Of a stretch of 64,000 nt of DNA, positions 50,575 through 61,846 are shown one piece after another. The notes below the pieces were generated by a model. That model was not told the DNA's origin and ran no database searches. It worked only from the letters and a program-made list of their open reading frames with translations. The DNA is from Escherichia coli. GTDB taxonomy: Bacteria; Pseudomonadota; Gammaproteobacteria; Enterobacterales; Enterobacteriaceae. Both the position numbers and the translations under genes were made by a program. The first letter of the stretch is position 1. Each line of letters opens with the position of its first letter. Where the stretch lies: NCBI RefSeq assembly GCF_024502345.1, contig NZ_JALDNN010000001.1; one strand, given 5' to 3'.

Positions 50575-50704
50575 TGGAGCACCTCAAAAACACCATCATA
50601 CACTAAATCAGTAAGTTGGCAGCATCACCAATCATTCTTACTCCCTTTGAATTACCCGCCTCATCAGAGATAATGCTTAAGAAATTTGTCACACAAGGAA
50701 GCTG

Positions 50705-52336
50705 ATGAGACATTCATTGCCCTACCGCATGTTACGCAAACGTCCGATGAAATTGAGTACCACTGTGATCTTAATGGTCAGCGCGGTACTGTTCTCGGTG
50801 CTATTGGTGGTGCATCTGATTTACTTCTCGCAAATCAGTGATATGACGCGAGACGGGCTAGCCAACAAGGCACTGGCAGTGGCGCGTACTCTCGCCGACT
50901 CGCCGGAAATCCGTCAGGGCTTGCAGAAAAAACCGCAGGAGAGTGGCATCCAGGCCATCGCGGAAGCCGTGCGCAAACGCAACGATCTGCTGTTTATTGT
51001 CGTTACCGATATGCAAAGTCTTCGCTACTCGCATCCTGAAGCCCAGCGTATTGGTCAGCCATTTAAAGGTGATGACATCCTTAAAGCGCTGAATGGCGAA
51101 GAAAATGTCGCTATCAATCGCGGTTTTCTGGCGCAAGCTTTACGCGTATTTACTCCCATCTACGATGAAAATCATAAACAAATTGGCGTGGTGGCGATCG
51201 GCCTTGAGTTAAGCCGCGTGACCCAACAGATCAATGACAGTCGCTGGAGCATTATCTGGTCAGTATTATTTGGCATGCTGGTCGGACTGATTGGCACCTG
51301 CATTCTGGTTAAAGTACTGAAAAAAATCCTTTTCGGCCTGGAACCCTACGAAATCTCCACGCTGTTTGAGCAACGCCAGGCCATGTTGCAGTCTATCAAA
51401 GAAGGCGTCGTTGCCGTGGACGATCGCGGCGAGGTCACGCTGATCAACGATGCCGCACAAGAATTGCTGAATTACCGTAAGTCGCAGGACGATGAGAAAC
51501 TGTCGACGCTCAGCCACTCATGGTCACAGGTGGTAGATGTCTCGGAAGTGTTACGCGACGGTACGCCGCGCCGCGACGAAGAGATTACGATTAAAGACCG
51601 GCTATTACTGATCAACACCGTTCCGGTGCGCAGTAATGGCGTTATCATCGGTGCCATTTCAACCTTCAGGGACAAAACTGAAGTTCGTAAACTGATGCAG
51701 CGACTCGACGGTCTGGTCAACTATGCTGATGCACTTCGTGAACGATCCCACGAATTTATGAATAAATTGCATGTGATTCTCGGATTATTGCATCTGAAGA
51801 GTTATAAGCAGTTGGAAGATTACATTCTCAAAACAGCCAATAACTATCAGGAAGAGATTGGCTCTATGCTGGGTAAGATCAAATCTCCGGTTATCGCTGG
51901 TTTTTTAATCAGCAAGATTAACCGCGCGACCGATTTAGGCCATACGCTGATTTTAAACAGTGAAAGCCAGCTGCCAGACAGCGGCAGTGAGGACCAGGTC
52001 GCGACGCTGATTACCACATTGGGAAATCTGATAGAAAACGCGCTGGAAGCATTAGGGCCGGAACCCGGTGGCGAAATTAGCGTAACATTGCACTACCGTC
52101 ACGGCTGGCTGCACTGCGAAGTTAACGATGATGGACCGGGGATCGCACCCGACAAAATCGATCACATTTTTGACAAAGGTGTCTCGACAAAAGGAAGCGA
52201 GCGAGGCGTCGGTTTAGCACTTGTCAAACAACAGGTAGAAAATCTCGGCGGCAGCATCGCCGTGGAATCGGAACCCGGGATTTTCACACAATTTTTTGTC
52301 CAGATACCCTGGGACGGGGAGAGGTCGAACAGATGA
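50705..52336 (+). CDS. dcuS: C4-dicarboxylate sensor histidine kinase DcuS
   Basis: 543 aa; sequence and synteny with dcuR-dcuB-fumB as in E. coli. Confidence 0.95.
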   Translation: MRHSLPYRMLRKRPMKLSTTVILMVSAVLFSVLLVVHLIYFSQISDMTRDGLANKALAVARTLADSPEIRQGLQKKPQESGIQAIAEAVRKRNDLLFIVVTDMQSLRYSHPEAQRIGQPFKGDDILKALNGEENVAINRGFLAQALRVFTPIYDENHKQIGVVAIGLELSRVTQQINDSRWSIIWSVLFGMLVGLIGTCILVKVLKKILFGLEPYEISTLFEQRQAMLQSIKEGVVAVDDRGEVTLINDAAQELLNYRKSQDDEKLSTLSHSWSQVVDVSEVLRDGTPRRDEEITIKDRLLLINTVPVRSNGVIIGAISTFRDKTEVRKLMQRLDGLVNYADALRERSHEFMNKLHVILGLLHLKSYKQLEDYILKTANNYQEEIGSMLGKIKSPVIAGFLISKINRATDLGHTLILNSESQLPDSGSEDQVATLITTLGNLIENALEALGPEPGGEISVTLHYRHGWLHCEVNDDGPGIAPDKIDHIFDKGVSTKGSERGVGLALVKQQVENLGGSIAVESEPGIFTQFFVQIPWDGERSNR

Positions 52337-53052
52337 TCAATGTATTAATTATCGATGACGACGCAATGGTCGCGGAGCTGAATCGCCGATACGTAGCACA
52401 AATCCCAGGCTTTCAATGCTGTGGAACAGCCTCGACGCTGGAGAAAGCCAAAGAGATTATCTTCAATAGCGATACGCCTATCGACCTGATATTGCTCGAT
52501 ATCTATATGCAAAAAGAGAACGGGCTCGATTTACTGCCTGTCCTGCATAACGCGCGTTGCAAAAGTGATGTGATTGTCATCTCCTCCGCAGCCGATGCGG
52601 CAACCATTAAAGATTCGCTGCATTACGGTGTCGTGGATTACCTGATCAAACCCTTCCAGGCTTCCCGCTTTGAAGAGGCGCTCACCGGCTGGCGGCAAAA
52701 GAAAATGGCGCTGGAAAAACATCAGTATTATGACCAGGCCGAGCTTGATCAGTTAATCCACGGCAGCAGCTCCAACGAGCAGGATCCTCGTCGCTTGCCA
52801 AAAGGCTTAACGCCGCAGACGTTACGCACGCTGTGCCAGTGGATTGACGCGCATCAGGACTATGAGTTTTCAACCGACGAGCTGGCTAACGAGGTTAACA
52901 TCTCGCGTGTTTCCTGCCGTAAATACCTCATCTGGCTGGTCAACTGCCACATCTTGTTCACCAGTATCCATTATGGCGTCACGGGGCGTCCGGTTTACCG
53001 TTACCGTATTCAGGCAGAACACTACTCACTGCTGAAACAATATTGCCAATAA
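52333..53052 (+). CDS. dcuR: response regulator DcuR
   Basis: 239 aa receiver + HTH; overlaps dcuS stop by 4 nt. Confidence 0.95.
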   Translation: MINVLIIDDDAMVAELNRRYVAQIPGFQCCGTASTLEKAKEIIFNSDTPIDLILLDIYMQKENGLDLLPVLHNARCKSDVIVISSAADAATIKDSLHYGVVDYLIKPFQASRFEEALTGWRQKKMALEKHQYYDQAELDQLIHGSSSNEQDPRRLPKGLTPQTLRTLCQWIDAHQDYEFSTDELANEVNISRVSCRKYLIWLVNCHILFTSIHYGVTGRPVYRYRIQAEHYSLLKQYCQ

Positions 53053-53622
53053 CGGATCGCTGGTTATCTGTAAGTAATAATTATTACCGTAATGCAAAAT
53101 ATCCCTGGCACAAGTTACATCCTTCATCAGTAAAACTTGTGCCAGATCAAATATAATTATCCCTCCATCATCGTTAAAAATTAATATCTCTTCAGATGAA
53201 CGGTGTTTTTAATTTCAAAACGCTAACAAAAGTTAATTAACTATTATGTCACCCGCATTATGTGTATTTTTACCCACAAATGGGTAGATCAGATTAATCT
53301 TTAAACCTAATGATATCTGCCCTGAGAACAAAAAATAGACCGATAAATATCAATAAGATAACAGCAAACAAAACATTAACATCTGCGCAGTACAAACTAT
53401 AAACCCATCGCCAGAGAGTTTTTCTCTCTGAAAAAGCCGCTTATCACAGTGCATAAATTTGCCGCTGCTTTAATCAGCCAATATTTACTGTGAGGTATTT
53501 GCTAAAGCCGGTAACGACCAAACGGATATTTAGTCAGGCTCTGAAAACAGTTCATACAAAACAGAACGTGACTGTGATCTATTCAGCAAAAATTTAAATA
53601 GGATTATCGCGAGGGTTCACAC
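53053..53622 (+). promoter_or_regulatory. dcuB upstream regulatory region (AT-rich, 570 bp)
   Basis: Long AT-rich intergenic region before dcuB; in E. coli this region is known to carry DcuR/FNR/CRP-dependent control. Individual sites not mapped here. Confidence 0.4.
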
Positions 53623-54963
53623 ATGTTATTTACTATCCAACTTATCATAATACTGATATGTCTGTTTTATGGTGCCAGAAAGGGTGGTATCGCGCTGGGT
53701 TTATTAGGCGGTATCGGTCTGGTCATTCTGGTCTTCGTCTTCCACCTTCAGCCAGGTAAACCACCGGTTGATGTCATGCTGGTTATCATTGCGGTGGTGG
53801 CGGCATCGGCGACCTTGCAAGCTTCGGGCGGTCTTGATGTCATGCTGCAAATTGCCGAGAAGTTGCTGCGCCGCAACCCGAAATATGTCTCAATTGTCGC
53901 GCCGTTTGTGACCTGTACGCTGACCATTCTTTGCGGTACGGGTCATGTGGTTTACACCATTCTGCCGATCATCTACGACGTCGCCATTAAGAACAACATC
54001 CGTCCGGAACGTCCGATGGCGGCAAGTTCTATCGGTGCACAGATGGGGATTATCGCCAGTCCGGTGTCGGTTGCGGTCGTGTCTCTGGTTGCAATGCTGG
54101 GTAATGTCACCTTTGATGGTCGCCATCTTGAGTTCCTCGACCTGCTGGCAATCACCATTCCATCGACGTTAATCGGTATCCTGGCGATCGGTATCTTCAG
54201 CTGGTTCCGCGGTAAAGATCTGGATAAAGACGAAGAGTTCCAGAAATTCATCTCAGTACCGGAAAACCGTGAGTATGTTTACGGTGATACCGCGACGCTG
54301 CTCGATAAAAAACTGCCGAAAAGCAACTGGCTGGCAATGTGGATTTTCCTCGGTGCAATCGCTGTAGTCGCACTTCTTGGTGCTGATTCGGACCTGCGTC
54401 CATCCTTCGGCGGCAAACCGCTGTCGATGGTACTGGTTATTCAGATGTTTATGCTGCTGACCGGGGCGCTGATTATTATCCTGACCAAAACCAATCCCGC
54501 GTCTATCTCAAAAAACGAAGTCTTCCGTTCCGGTATGATCGCCATCGTGGCGGTGTACGGTATCGCATGGATGGCAGAAACCATGTTCGGTGCGCATATG
54601 TCTGAAATTCAGGGCGTACTGGGTGAAATGGTGAAAGAGTATCCGTGGGCCTATGCCATTGTTCTGCTGCTGGTTTCCAAGTTTGTAAACTCTCAGGCTG
54701 CGGCGCTGGCGGCGATTGTTCCGGTCGCGCTGGCGATCGGCGTTGATCCGGCATACATCGTGGCTTCAGCACCGGCTTGCTACGGTTATTACATCCTGCC
54801 GACTTATCCGAGCGATCTGGCAGCGATTCAGTTTGACCGTTCCGGCACCACCCACATCGGTCGCTTCGTCATCAACCACAGTTTTATTCTGCCGGGGTTG
54901 ATTGGTGTGAGCGTATCGTGCGTCTTCGGCTGGATCTTCGCCGCGATGTACGGGTTCTTATAA
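53623..54963 (+). CDS. dcuB: anaerobic C4-dicarboxylate transporter DcuB
   Basis: 446 aa polytopic membrane protein; conserved position. Confidence 0.95.
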
Positions 54964-54972
54964 ATGCACTTT

Positions 54973-55008
54973 GCGTGCCGCCCGTGACTACGCGGCACGC
55001 CATTTTCG
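54973..55008 (+). terminator. putative rho-independent terminator after dcuB
   Basis: Stem GCGTGCCGC / GCGGCACGC followed by CATTTTCG. Confidence 0.5.
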
Positions 55009-55040
55009 AATAACAAATACAGAGTTACAGGCTGGAAGCT

Positions 55041-56687
55041 ATGTCAAACAAACCCTTTATCTACCAGGCACCTTTCCCGATGGGGAAAGACAATACCGAA
55101 TACTATCTACTCACTTCCGATTACGTTAGCGTTGCCGACTTCAACGGCGAAACAATCCTGAAAGTGGAACCAGAAGCCCTGACTCTGCTGGCGCAGCAAG
55201 CCTTTCACGACGCTTCTTTCATGCTCCGCCCGGCACACCAGAAACAGGTTGCGGCTATTCTTCACGATCCAGAAGCCAGCGAAAACGACAAGTACGTGGC
55301 GCTGCAATTCTTAAGAAACTCCGAAATCGCCGCCAAAGGCGTGCTGCCGACCTGCCAGGATACCGGCACCGCGATCATCGTCGGTAAAAAAGGCCAGCGC
55401 GTGTGGACCGGTGGCGGTGATGAAGAAGCGCTGTCGAAAGGCGTCTATAACACCTATATCGAGGATAACCTGCGCTACTCGCAAAACGCGGCGCTGGACA
55501 TGTACAAAGAGGTCAACACCGGCACTAACCTGCCTGCACAAATCGACCTGTACGCGGTAGATGGCGATGAGTACAAATTCCTTTGCGTTGCGAAAGGCGG
55601 CGGCTCTGCCAACAAAACCTATCTCTACCAGGAAACCAAAGCCCTGCTGACTCCCGGCAAACTGAAAAACTTCCTCGTCGAGAAAATGCGTACCCTCGGT
55701 ACTGCAGCCTGCCCGCCGTACCATATCGCGTTTGTGATTGGCGGTACGTCTGCGGAAACCAACCTGAAAACCGTTAAGTTAGCAAGCGCTCACTATTACG
55801 ATGAACTGCCGACGGAAGGGAACGAACATGGTCAGGCGTTCCGCGATGTCCAGCTGGAACAGGAACTGCTGGAAGAGGCCCAGAAACTCGGTCTTGGCGC
55901 GCAGTTTGGCGGTAAATACTTCGCGCACGACATTCGCGTTATCCGTCTGCCACGTCACGGCGCATCCTGCCCGGTCGGCATGGGCGTCTCCTGCTCCGCT
56001 GACCGTAACATTAAGGCGAAAATCAACCGCGAAGGTATCTGGATCGAAAAACTGGAACACAATCCAGGTCAGTACATTCCACAAGAACTGCGCCAGGCCG
56101 GTGAAGGCGAAGCGGTGAAGGTCGACCTTAACCGCCCGATGAAAGAGATCCTCGCCCAGCTTTCGCAATATCCGGTTTCCACTCGTTTGTCGCTCACCGG
56201 CACCATTATTGTGGGTCGAGATATTGCACACGCCAAGCTGAAAGAGCTGATTGACGCCGGTAAAGAACTTCCGCAGTACATCAAAGATCACCCGATCTAC
56301 TACGCGGGTCCGGCGAAAACGCCTGCCGGTTATCCATCAGGTTCACTTGGCCCAACCACCGCAGGTCGTATGGACTCCTATGTGGATCTGCTGCAATCCC
56401 ACGGCGGCAGCATGATCATGCTAGCGAAAGGTAACCGCAGTCAGCAGGTTACCGACGCGTGTCATAAACACGGCGGCTTCTACCTCGGTAGCATCGGCGG
56501 TCCGGCGGCGGTACTGGCGCAGCAGAGCATCAAGCATCTGGAATGCGTCGCTTATCCGGAGCTGGGTATGGAAGCTATCTGGAAAATCGAAGTAGAAGAT
56601 TTCCCGGCGTTTATCCTGGTCGATGACAAAGGTAACGACTTCTTCCAGCAAATCGTCAACAAACAGTGCGCGAACTGCACTAAGTAA
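55041..56687 (+). CDS. fumB: class I fumarate hydratase FumB
   Basis: 548 aa; N-terminus [31 protein letters not shown]… . Confidence 0.95.
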   Translation: MSNKPFIYQAPFPMGKDNTEYYLLTSDYVSVADFNGETILKVEPEALTLLAQQAFHDASFMLRPAHQKQVAAILHDPEASENDKYVALQFLRNSEIAAKGVLPTCQDTGTAIIVGKKGQRVWTGGGDEEALSKGVYNTYIEDNLRYSQNAALDMYKEVNTGTNLPAQIDLYAVDGDEYKFLCVAKGGGSANKTYLYQETKALLTPGKLKNFLVEKMRTLGTAACPPYHIAFVIGGTSAETNLKTVKLASAHYYDELPTEGNEHGQAFRDVQLEQELLEEAQKLGLGAQFGGKYFAHDIRVIRLPRHGASCPVGMGVSCSADRNIKAKINREGIWIEKLEHNPGQYIPQELRQAGEGEAVKVDLNRPMKEILAQLSQYPVSTRLSLTGTIIVGRDIAHAKLKELIDAGKELPQYIKDHPIYYAGPAKTPAGYPSGSLGPTTAGRMDSYVDLLQSHGGSMIMLAKGNRSQQVTDACHKHGGFYLGSIGGPAAVLAQQSIKHLECVAYPELGMEAIWKIEVEDFPAFILVDDKGNDFFQQIVNKQCANCTK

Positions 56688-56703
56688 CCTCTTCGGCCCA
56701 GCG

Positions 56704-56747
56704 CCTGGCAGCATGCTGCCAGGTGATCCCCCTGGGCCACCTCTTTT
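56704..56747 (+). terminator. inverted repeat / possible fumB terminator
   Basis: Perfect 20-bp palindrome CCTGGCAGCATGCTGCCAGG, downstream CTCTTTT. Confidence 0.4.
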
Positions 56748-56809
56748 GCGATTGTAATTTCACGCTTGCTGGTGAATAGTCAGTATTTTCCCTGACTTGC
56801 GAACTCACC

Positions 56810-57439
56810 ATGACCCGCACACTCAAGCCGTTAATTCTTAACACCGGCGCACTGGCGCTAACGTTAATCCTCATTTATACCGGCATTTCGGCCCATGACA
56901 AACTCACCTGGCTGATGGAAGTGACACCGGTGATTATTGTCATGCCGCTACTGCTTGCCACCGCGAAACGTTATCCGTTAACGCCGCTGCTCTATACGCT
57001 CATTTTCTTTCACGCCATCATCCTGATGGTCGGCGGACAATACACCTACGCGAAAGTCCCCGTTGGTTTTGAGGTGCAGGAATGGCTGGGGTTGAGCCGT
57101 AATCCGTATGACAAGCTGGGGCATTTTTTCCAGGGGCTGGTGCCTGCACTGGTGGCACGAGAGATCCTTGTGCGCGGGATGTACGTGCGCGGACGTAAAA
57201 TGGTGGCGTTTCTGGTCTGCTGCGTGGCGCTGGCGATAAGCGCGATGTATGAATTAATCGAGTGGTGGGCGGCGCTGGCAATGGGCCAGGGAGCGGATGA
57301 TTTTCTCGGCACCCAGGGCGACCAGTGGGACACGCAATCCGATATGTTCTGCGCGCTACTTGGCGCATTAACGACGGTGATATTCCTCGCTCGCTTTCAT
57401 TGCCGCCAGCTACGGCGCTTTGGCTTAATAACCGGATAA
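56810..57439 (+). CDS. yjdF: inner-membrane protein YjdF
   Basis: 209 aa; position between fumB and melB as in E. coli. Confidence 0.9.
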   Translation: MTRTLKPLILNTGALALTLILIYTGISAHDKLTWLMEVTPVIIVMPLLLATAKRYPLTPLLYTLIFFHAIILMVGGQYTYAKVPVGFEVQEWLGLSRNPYDKLGHFFQGLVPALVAREILVRGMYVRGRKMVAFLVCCVALAISAMYELIEWWAALAMGQGADDFLGTQGDQWDTQSDMFCALLGALTTVIFLARFHCRQLRRFGLITG

Positions 57440-57455
57440 CAACGTGCACTTTGTT

Positions 57456-57492
57456 GATGCCGGATGCGGCGTGAATTCCTTATCCGGTCTAC
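57456..57492 (+). repeat. REP (repetitive extragenic palindromic) element
   Basis: GATGCCGGATGCGGCGTGAATTCCTTATCCGGTCTAC matches the E. coli REP consensus. Confidence 0.7.
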
Positions 57493-57577
57493 AAAATTTG
57501 CAAATCCAAAGCATTCCATTAAGACGTGGCCTGATAAACATATCGCATCAGGCCATTTTCGTTAGCTATTGTCCACG

Positions 57578-58999
57578 TCAGGCTTTCACATCACTCACTG
57601 CACCGACCGGAATATCAGCATGAACAAGCTCGGGCGGTACTTTGCGATATTTATCCAGCAGATGAATCTGGATCCTGCGCAGCGTGTCGCCATTGAGGCG
57701 ATAGAAACGGAAGTAGAGAATCAGCGTTACCATGAAAAACAGAGTCGGTAGAGCAATCATAATAAACTGCATACCTAATAGGGCTTGCGTAGACTGTTCA
57801 ACATTCGGTACATAGCCAATCATCCCTAACACAACCGCAATGAAAAAAGCCGCAAAGGCTGAACCGCCCTTCACCACCATAGTCTGCACGGAGTAAGCGA
57901 TGCTTTCACAGCGTACGTGCAGTTTATATTCACCGTAATCAACGGTATCTGCCACCATGATGACCTGTAATACCCAGAAAAGCGCCGTTCCCACATTCAG
58001 CAAAATACCCGCAATCACAATGAGGACGACGTTGTGATAGCTCATTAATGCCATTAACAGGAGAACACCACAGCTTAACACCGGAAGAATAGATGCTCCG
58101 GCCCATAAAATGCGTCGGGATAATGATTTAACTAAGCGTGGGAAGAATACTAACGTCACCAGGTTAGCAGCTCCCGCATACGACAGATAATAGGGGAACA
58201 AATCCGCATCACCGATAACATATGAGAAATAATAGATAGCAAAGCCGGTAATAATGTTGCTGGCTACATTATAAGCAAGAGCCATACCCAAGAGGCATGA
58301 AAGCTGATCGTTTTTATAAATAAGCGCAACGATGGCTTTAAGTGTCAGATGGCTTCCTTCAGCAGACGGTTGATTGTCTGACGAAAAGACTTCATGCACA
58401 TTGCGCAGAGTGATGATGGTTGAAACAATAAAAAAGGCGATCAGTACCAGTGTGAACATCTGAAAGCCAAATCCCCGATCGCCACCGCCGACATAATTAA
58501 CAAATGGTAGCGTCACACCTGCCGTAACAAAGCCCGCCAGACTGGCAAAAAAACGCGGATAAGGAACCAGTTGTTCACGCTCACGTTTATCGAGCGTGAT
58601 GGTTGGAACCAGCGACCAGAAGGGAATATCCATAATGGTGTAAGTCATGCCCCAGAGGATGTAGGTCACGCAAACAAAGACAATCTGAGTAGTACCTTCA
58701 AACAGATGCGCACTAAAGAGGAGAAATAAGATTACAGAGTTTGCCAACGTACCGATCAGGATCCAGGGTTTGAACTTACCCCATCGCGATCGCGTAGCAT
58801 TTACAATCCATCCCATAATCGGATCGTTAATAGCATCCCAGATCCTCGCCACCAGAAACAAAGTACCGACCAAACCCACAGACAGCCCGACGACATCGGT
58901 GTAGTAATACATGAGGTACATATACACAATGCCGATCGCAAAATCCTTCCCGAACGCTCCAAATCCATAACTGAGTTTTGTAGTCATTGAAATGCTCAT
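57578..58999 (-). CDS. melB: melibiose:cation symporter MelB
   Basis: Start set at [20 protein letters not shown]… (473 aa); the track ORF begins 8 codons upstream. Confidence 0.95.
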   Translation of the reverse strand: MSISMTTKLSYGFGAFGKDFAIGIVYMYLMYYYTDVVGLSVGLVGTLFLVARIWDAINDPIMGWIVNATRSRWGKFKPWILIGTLANSVILFLLFSAHLFEGTTQIVFVCVTYILWGMTYTIMDIPFWSLVPTITLDKREREQLVPYPRFFASLAGFVTAGVTLPFVNYVGGGDRGFGFQMFTLVLIAFFIVSTIITLRNVHEVFSSDNQPSAEGSHLTLKAIVALIYKNDQLSCLLGMALAYNVASNIITGFAIYYFSYVIGDADLFPYYLSYAGAANLVTLVFFPRLVKSLSRRILWAGASILPVLSCGVLLLMALMSYHNVVLIVIAGILLNVGTALFWVLQVIMVADTVDYGEYKLHVRCESIAYSVQTMVVKGGSAFAAFFIAVVLGMIGYVPNVEQSTQALLGMQFIMIALPTLFFMVTLILYFRFYRLNGDTLRRIQIHLLDKYRKVPPELVHADIPVGAVSDVKA

Positions 59000-59101
59000 A
59001 GGGTATCGGGTCGCTGTTACCAACGCCCGCCTTCTGTTATTGGTATCGTCAGAGGTGTGCGCCGGAATAAATCCCCCGGCGCAGTAGCGTTTAGTCGCGT
59101 T

Positions 59102-60457
59102 TTAACGGTGCAACCAGCCTGGCAGCCAGTCGCCGTGGGCGGCAATCAGGTCGTCAACAAGAGCATATATTTCGTCAATGCCCAGCACGGCGGCAGTATG
59201 CGGGTCCATCATCGCGGCGTGGTAAACACGGTCGCGATTTTCCGTAAGAATAGCTTCGGTCAGCAGCGTCTGTACGTTAATGTTGGTTTGCATCAGGGCG
59301 GCCAGATGCGAAGGTAGCGTACCGACTTTGGTCGGCTGAATGCCATTAGCATCAACCAGACAGGCTACTTCCACGCAACATCCTTGTGGCAGGTTATCAA
59401 TCAAACCATCGTTACGGACGTTGCCGTAAATCACACTCGGCTCGCCCGTCCAGATAGCGTTCATGATTGTGCTGGCATATTCCCGTGACGGTTTAATATC
59501 AATCCGGGAGGCGTTTTTATACTCCTCCAGCTCTTTATGCCAGTTCGCCAGCTGCTCGACGCAGCGTTTCGGGTACTCATCCAGCGGTACTTTATAACGC
59601 TCAATCAAATCCTCACGACCTGGCTTAATAAACCACGGTGTGTACTCAGCAAAATGTTCTGACGATTCCGTGACGAAATAGCCCAGCTTTTTGAACATTT
59701 CGTAGCGCACAATATTCTGGCAGCGAGTATTGCCATGAATATTCGGCTTCGGTGCCTGCCCTGCGTCATAAGCCGCCAGCAGTTCCGGGTAGAGATTCAC
59801 GTAACTGCCGTCGGCGGTTTTGCGCTCCAGCTCCAGGTAAAACGCCATATGGTTGATACCTGCGCAACGGTAACGCAGCGTAGCCGGGTCGATATTGAGG
59901 TCACGCGCCAGCTCTTCCGCCGTTCCCTGCACCGAATGGCACAGCCCGACCTGTTTGATATGCGGATAGCGGGCATACATCGCCCAGGTATTCATCGCCA
60001 TTGGGTTAACATAGTTGAGCATGGTGGCATCGGGGCAGACTTCCGTCATGTCCTCGCAAATTTGCCACAGATGCGGAATGGTACGTAGCGCGCGCATAAT
60101 ACCGCCCGGCCCCAACGTATCGGCAATGGTTTGTTCCAGACCATGCCGCTTACAGACCTCGAAATCAGTCACCGTGCAAGGTTCATAACCGCCAATCTGA
60201 AATGCCACCACGACAAAATCGGCATCCTCTAAGGCTTCTTTCTGTTGGGTGTGGCAGGTGATTTTGCCGCTGGCCCCTGCTGAATCCATCAGCTTACGCA
60301 CCACAATATGCGACTCTTCCAGGCGGGTGGGGTCAATGTCCATCAGGGCAATATGCGCCGTTTTCAGCGCCTCGCGATGGAACACATCACCAAGAATATT
60401 TTTAACGAAAATCGTCGAACCAGCGCCGATAAATGTAATTTTGGGTGCAGACATCAT
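59102..60457 (-). CDS. melA: alpha-galactosidase MelA
   Basis: 451 aa; MMSAPKITFIGAGSTIFVKNILGDVF… (NAD-binding GH4). Confidence 0.95.
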   Translation of the reverse strand: MMSAPKITFIGAGSTIFVKNILGDVFHREALKTAHIALMDIDPTRLEESHIVVRKLMDSAGASGKITCHTQQKEALEDADFVVVAFQIGGYEPCTVTDFEVCKRHGLEQTIADTLGPGGIMRALRTIPHLWQICEDMTEVCPDATMLNYVNPMAMNTWAMYARYPHIKQVGLCHSVQGTAEELARDLNIDPATLRYRCAGINHMAFYLELERKTADGSYVNLYPELLAAYDAGQAPKPNIHGNTRCQNIVRYEMFKKLGYFVTESSEHFAEYTPWFIKPGREDLIERYKVPLDEYPKRCVEQLANWHKELEEYKNASRIDIKPSREYASTIMNAIWTGEPSVIYGNVRNDGLIDNLPQGCCVEVACLVDANGIQPTKVGTLPSHLAALMQTNINVQTLLTEAILTENRDRVYHAAMMDPHTAAVLGIDEIYALVDDLIAAHGDWLPGWLHR

Positions 60458-60739
60458 GCAGATCTCCTGGCTTGCTTGAATAACTTCATCATGGCAGGCG
60501 AATCTGCAGAAAACCTCCGGCTTCCAGGTTGAGCATTCCCATAAACTCAGATCCTGCGTGAAGCAGCAGTAAATCTGAGTTTATGGGAATAATTTACCTG
60601 AAAAGCAGAGTTTTCGGCCTCATGATGCTCGGACACTCCCCTCGCCCCTCTGGGAAGAGGGTGAAAACCGTGCTCCCACTCGCAGTCATCCTCCCTCACT
60701 CCTGCCATAATTCTGATATTCCAGGAAAGAGAGCCATCC
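60458..60739 (+). promoter_or_regulatory. melR / melAB divergent promoter region
   Basis: Intergenic region between divergent melA and melR; known in E. coli to hold MelR and CRP sites (not individually mapped here). Confidence 0.5.
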
Positions 60740-61648
60740 ATGAATACAGATACGTTTATGTGCAGCAGCGACGAAAAACAGACCCGCAGCCCGCTGTCGC
60801 TGTATTCGGAATACCAGCGGATGGAGATTGAGTTTCGCGCACCGCATATCATGCCCACCAGCCACTGGCATGGTCAGGTCGAAGTGAATGTGCCTTTCGA
60901 TGGCGATGTGGAATACCTGATCAACAATGAAAAAGTGAATATCAATCAGGGTCATATCACGCTGTTCTGGGCCTGTACACCGCACCAACTAACAGATACC
61001 GGAACCTGTCAGAGCATGGCGATTTTTAATCTGCCGATGCATCTGTTTCTCTCCTGGCCGCTGGATAAAGACCTGATTAACCACGTCACTCACGGCATGG
61101 TGATCAAATCACTGGCCACACAGCAACTTAGCCCGTTTGAAGTGCGCCGCTGGCAGCAGGAATTAAACAGTCCGAACGAGCAAATTCGCCAGCTCGCCAT
61201 TGATGAAATTGGCCTGATGCTCAAGCGATTTAGCCTCTCTGGCTGGGAACCGATTCTGGTCAATAAAACCTCGCGCACACACAAAAACAGCGTCTCGCGC
61301 CATGCGCAATTTTATGTTAGCCAGATGCTGGGCTTTATTGCCGAAAACTATGATCAGGCGCTGACCATCAACGATGTGGCTGAGCACGTCAAACTTAACG
61401 CCAACTATGCAATGGGGATATTCCAGCGGGTCATGCAATTGACGATGAAACAGTACATTACCGCGATGCGCATCAACCACGTTCGCGCGTTACTGAGCGA
61501 TACCGATAAAAGTATTCTCGATATTGCCCTGACGGCAGGCTTTCGTTCAAGTAGTCGTTTTTACAGCACGTTCGGCAAATATGTCGGCATGTCGCCGCAA
61601 CAATACCGCAAACTTAGCCAACAGCGCCGCCAGACGTTTCCCGGCTAA
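60740..61648 (+). CDS. melR: AraC-family melibiose operon activator MelR
   Basis: 302 aa; C-terminal AraC-type HTH. Confidence 0.95.
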   Translation: MNTDTFMCSSDEKQTRSPLSLYSEYQRMEIEFRAPHIMPTSHWHGQVEVNVPFDGDVEYLINNEKVNINQGHITLFWACTPHQLTDTGTCQSMAIFNLPMHLFLSWPLDKDLINHVTHGMVIKSLATQQLSPFEVRRWQQELNSPNEQIRQLAIDEIGLMLKRFSLSGWEPILVNKTSRTHKNSVSRHAQFYVSQMLGFIAENYDQALTINDVAEHVKLNANYAMGIFQRVMQLTMKQYITAMRINHVRALLSDTDKSILDIALTAGFRSSSRFYSTFGKYVGMSPQQYRKLSQQRRQTFPG

Positions 61649-61846
61649 AGACGATATCAGTATCAGCCAAAAAAATAGTTTAGCCGTCGATAATAAGCAG
61701 TGAAAATAATTTAAAATAATCACATAACGCATTGTTTATAAAAATAAATATTTCAAAAATGTTTGTTTTTCACGCGCTTTACAGCCCGAAAAGGCCGGAA
61801 GATACTTGCCCGCAACGAAGATTCCTTCATAACCGGGTAAGCAATG

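Larger units (their letters stand above)
49862..50629 (-). mobile_element. IS1 (768 bp), no target-site duplication
   Basis: Ends GGTAATGACTCCAACTTATTGATAG… and …ACTAAATCAGTAAGTTGGCAGCATCACC; flanks TGCGGGCAT / AATCATTCT differ. Confidence 0.97.
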
